NCBI GenBank assembly: GCA_020073215.1
Contig: JAIQFO010000013.1
Span: 54,343-118,342, forward strand
Length of the DNA stretch: 64,000 bases
DNA from: Terriglobia bacterium
Lineage (GTDB): Bacteria; Acidobacteriota; Terriglobia; Terriglobales; Acidobacteriaceae
Reading direction: 5' to 3'
In this document: positions 61,429-64,000 of the stretch, in pieces
How positions within the stretch are numbered: position 1 is the stretch's first letter
Layout: every line of letters starts with the position of its first letter
Translations under genes and position numbers: made by a program
Notes under the pieces: model-generated
What the model saw: the letters and a program-made list of their open reading frames with translations, nothing else
What the model was told of the DNA's origin: nothing
The model's database searches: none

Positions 61429-61510
61429 GTTGTCATCCTGAGCGGAGCGAAGGACCTGCTGTCTCGTGCGCTGACAAGAAAGCAGGTTCTTCGCTTCGCA
61501 GGATGACAAC
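61429..61510. repeat. family-G inverted repeat
   Basis: GTTGTCATCCTGAGCGGAGCGAAGGACCTGCT ... AGCAGGTTCTTCGCTTCGCAGGATGACAAC. Confidence 0.8.
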
Positions 61511-61665
61511 CAAACTTGCGCCACGAGTCCGCGGGACACAATTACACATTTTAAATGTCAATTGTGCGACGCCCAATTCCCGCGCTAACCCTTGCCCCCT
61601 TCGCGAGTCGAAGGACTAGCTAGTGGGTTGGTCGGCTTATCCCCTCCCGACCCCGAGGTGGCGAA

Positions 61666-62922
61666 ATGCGCATGTTGCTGGATACCTTCTCGCAAACCTT
61701 GCAAACTCTGTGGGCGCACAAGCTGCGGTCCTTCCTCACCATGTTTGGGATCGCCTGGGGCGTAGGTTCCCTGCTGCTTCTGGCCGGGGTAGGCGAAGGC
61801 TTCCGCAACGGCAATCGCAAACAACTGGAATCCTTCGGCAAGAACATCATCTTCTTTTTCGGCGGACGCGCTCCGGCGGTCGAGGGCAGTTTCAACTCGA
61901 TGAAGTGGTTCAACCTCACCTATGACGATTACCTCGCCATCAAGAACGAATCGAAACTCGCAATCAATATCTCTCCGCTGATCGCGCGCGACGACATCCG
62001 CGCGGTCAGCGACTACACCAGCACCAACGGCCAGGTTTCGGGCGTGCCTCCAATCTACAGCCAAGTCCGGACGATCCCGCTGACCGTCGGACGCTGGATC
62101 AACGACGACGACAACGACCAGCGGCGGCGTGTGTGCGTGCTGGGGCGGGAAATGACGCGCAACATGTTTCCGGGACGCCCCGCGGTGGGCAACACCATCC
62201 TGCTCAATGGCGTGCGCTTCCAAGTCATCGGCGTGCTCTCGATGATCGGCCGCGAGGAGCAGAACGCAACCAACATTCGCATTTTCATTCCGTTCAACAC
62301 CATGCGCGAATTGTATCCGCTGACCGGGAACAATTCGAAAGAGGGCAACGCGATTTCGTTCATCAACTATCAGCCGCGCAGCTTTGAGGAAAACGAGGAC
62401 GCCAAGGATGAACTGCACCGCATCGTAGCCCGCAATCACGGCGCTTTCGACCCGAAGGGCACTGACATCTGGGAAGAATGGGACACCGTCAAAAATCAAA
62501 AGACCATGGGCAAGATTTTCACCGCCATGGACTGGTTCCTGGGCGGAGTCGGACTGGTGACGCTGATGCTAGGTGCGATTGGCATTGTGAACATCATGCT
62601 GGTGGCCGTGACCGAGCGCACGCGCGAAATCGGCTTGCGCAAAGCCCTGGGCGCCACCCACCGCAGCATCCTGTTTCAGTTTTTTCTGGAGGGTGCCTTC
62701 CTCACGCTGTTGAGCGGCGCGATCGGAGTAGGTGGGGCAATGCTCGTCATCCACCTGCTCTCCGGAGTGCAACTCCCGCAAGGGTTCGACACGCCGCGGA
62801 TCATACCCGCCTCGGCGATCGGCGCGGTTCTCTCGCTGGCGTTGGCAGGCATTACAGCGGGGCTGTACCCAGCGCGCAAAGCGGCCATGCTGGAACCGGT
62901 GGAAGCGTTGCGGCAGGAGTAA
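61666..62922 (+). CDS. ABC transporter permease, MacB/FtsX family
   Basis: LRSFLTMFGIAWGVGSLL N-terminal TM, periplasmic MacB_PCD-like region, C-terminal FtsX (ERTREIGLRKALGA). Confidence 0.88.
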   Translation: MRMLLDTFSQTLQTLWAHKLRSFLTMFGIAWGVGSLLLLAGVGEGFRNGNRKQLESFGKNIIFFFGGRAPAVEGSFNSMKWFNLTYDDYLAIKNESKLAINISPLIARDDIRAVSDYTSTNGQVSGVPPIYSQVRTIPLTVGRWINDDDNDQRRRVCVLGREMTRNMFPGRPAVGNTILLNGVRFQVIGVLSMIGREEQNATNIRIFIPFNTMRELYPLTGNNSKEGNAISFINYQPRSFEENEDAKDELHRIVARNHGAFDPKGTDIWEEWDTVKNQKTMGKIFTAMDWFLGGVGLVTLMLGAIGIVNIMLVAVTERTREIGLRKALGATHRSILFQFFLEGAFLTLLSGAIGVGGAMLVIHLLSGVQLPQGFDTPRIIPASAIGAVLSLALAGITAGLYPARKAAMLEPVEALRQE

Positions 62923-63014
62923 CAGACACCATAGCGGAGAGACGGGCGCCCTCGCCCGTCCACTGGGACGCCGATACCCGTCCCTCCAAGAGCAAGCGAC
63001 CAGAGGAATCAGCC

Positions 63015-64000
63015 ATGACCAACGACCTGCTGAAAGAAGCTTACGGAGCAATGCAGCACAATCGCCGCCGCACCACTCTGACGATGCTGGGAATGGCCTG
63101 GGGCATCGCGACGGTGGTCATCCTGCTGGCCTTCGGCTCGGGATTCGAACGCGCCATCGACATGATTTTCAGCTCCTGGGGAACCGACGTCATCGGAGCA
63201 TTCCCGGGACGCACCTCACTCCAGGCAGGCGGCGCGAAAGCAGGCAGCGAAGTGCGCCTGCAGTTGGCCGACGTCGACTACATCCGTAACGAAGTGCCGA
63301 TGGTGAAAGGGGTCACTCCGATTTTCGACAAGCGGAATGGCGTCACCATTCAGCACGACACACGTACCTTCACCAATCTCTTTTTCACCGGCGTGTACCC
63401 GGTGTACCAACGCATTCGCAGCTTCGACGTAGCCGCCGGCCGCGGCCTGAGCGAGCAGGATCAGGCGGAGCACGCTCGCGTCGCTGTGATCGGCGACGAG
63501 GCGAAGCGGAGGCTGTTCTCGGGCGAACCAGCTCTCGGCCAGAGCATCCGCATCAACGGCGTGAGCTTTCAGGTAATCGGCGTCTACCAACGCAAAGTGC
63601 AGGGCGGCGACGATAACGACAACACCATGGTGGTGATCCCTTTCAGCACCATGGGCGACCTCTACGACACGCGATACATCACCGGTCTGTTCATGGACTA
63701 TGAAGGTCAAGACCATCAGCAACTGGCGCGCGTGGTACGCAGCGTGCTCGCCGGCCACCACAACTTCCGCCCCGACGATCGCCGAGCCGTGTTCATCGCC
63801 GACTTCAAGCAGGACTTCGACGAGTTCACCATCGTGACCACGGCGCTCAAGATCCTGCTCGCCTTTATCGGCGCGCTCACCCTGGGCATCGGCGGCATCG
63901 GGCTGATGAACATCATGCTGGTTTCGGTGCAGCAGCGCACCCGGGAGATCGGCGTGGAGAAGGCGCTGGGCGCGCAAAAAAGCCACATCCTCTTTCAGTT
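63015..64000 (+). CDS. ABC transporter permease, MacB/FtsX family (3' end beyond window)
   Basis: Hand translation from the ATG at 63015: MTNDLLKEAYGAMQHNRRRTTLTMLGMAWGIATVV...QRTREIGVEKALGA. Absent from the ORF track because it has no stop in the window. Confidence 0.85.
   Translation, partial: MTNDLLKEAYGAMQHNRRRTTLTMLGMAWGIATVVILLAFGSGFERAIDMIFSSWGTDVIGAFPGRTSLQAGGAKAGSEVRLQLADVDYIRNEVPMVKGVTPIFDKRNGVTIQHDTRTFTNLFFTGVYPVYQRIRSFDVAAGRGLSEQDQAEHARVAVIGDEAKRRLFSGEPALGQSIRINGVSFQVIGVYQRKVQGGDDNDNTMVVIPFSTMGDLYDTRYITGLFMDYEGQDHQQLARVVRSVLAGHHNFRPDDRRAVFIADFKQDFDEFTIVTTALKILLAFIGALTLGIGGIGLMNIMLVSVQQRTREIGVEKALGAQKSHILFQ

Overview
This 64-kb, high-GC (roughly 60% by eye) bacterial chromosome segment is dominated by housekeeping genes. 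It is probably from an Acidobacteriota/Terriglobia-type genome; that is an inference from a TIGR03436-like VWFA protein and the kinds of intergenic repeats present. The core (7.4-30.8 kb, minus strand) is a complete, canonically ordered str-S10-spc-alpha ribosomal protein supercluster: rpsL-rpsG-fusA-tuf-rpsJ...rplO-secY-adk-map-infA-rpmJ-rpsM-rpsK-rpsD-rpoA-rplQ. On the low-coordinate side lie a DUF2203 gene, a secreted protein, an MFS transporter, VanZ, guaB and a VWA protein. On the high-coordinate side lie a large Ig-like lipoprotein, nusB-ribH, a thiolase/3-hydroxyacyl-CoA dehydrogenase/crotonase operon carrying an embedded ParE-type toxin-antitoxin pair, and a TPR-GAF-degenerate-GGDEF protein. 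These are followed by an APC permease, an S53 peptidase, a kynureninase-like enzyme, a GIDE-domain membrane protein, TauE/DUF1634, an LssY-like protein, a YncE-like propeller, an M20 peptidase, an arginase-fold protein, lexA, trxA, a TrmJ-like methyltransferase and two MacB/FtsX-type permeases. I found no rRNA, tRNA, CRISPR array, transposase, integrase or recognisable defence operon, and no convincing new multi-gene system. The unusual content is of three kinds. (1) Nearly every intergenic spacer is occupied by structured repeats of several families. These include hairpins whose arms are tandem 7-8 nt words carrying SD-like and anti-SD-like sequence; in the ribosomal operons they fill the spacers almost exactly from stop codon to start codon. 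(2) Small accessory ORFs are wedged into otherwise invariant operons: a low-GC secreted orphan between rpsK and rpsD, and an ABM-like ORF in frame directly after the fusA stop codon. (3) Several domain-level oddities occur: ribH with an N-terminal extra domain and a repeat-derived C-terminal tail, an arginase-fold protein with substituted metal-ligand motifs, and a catalytically degenerate GGDEF. All family assignments come from motif recognition by eye and need database confirmation.
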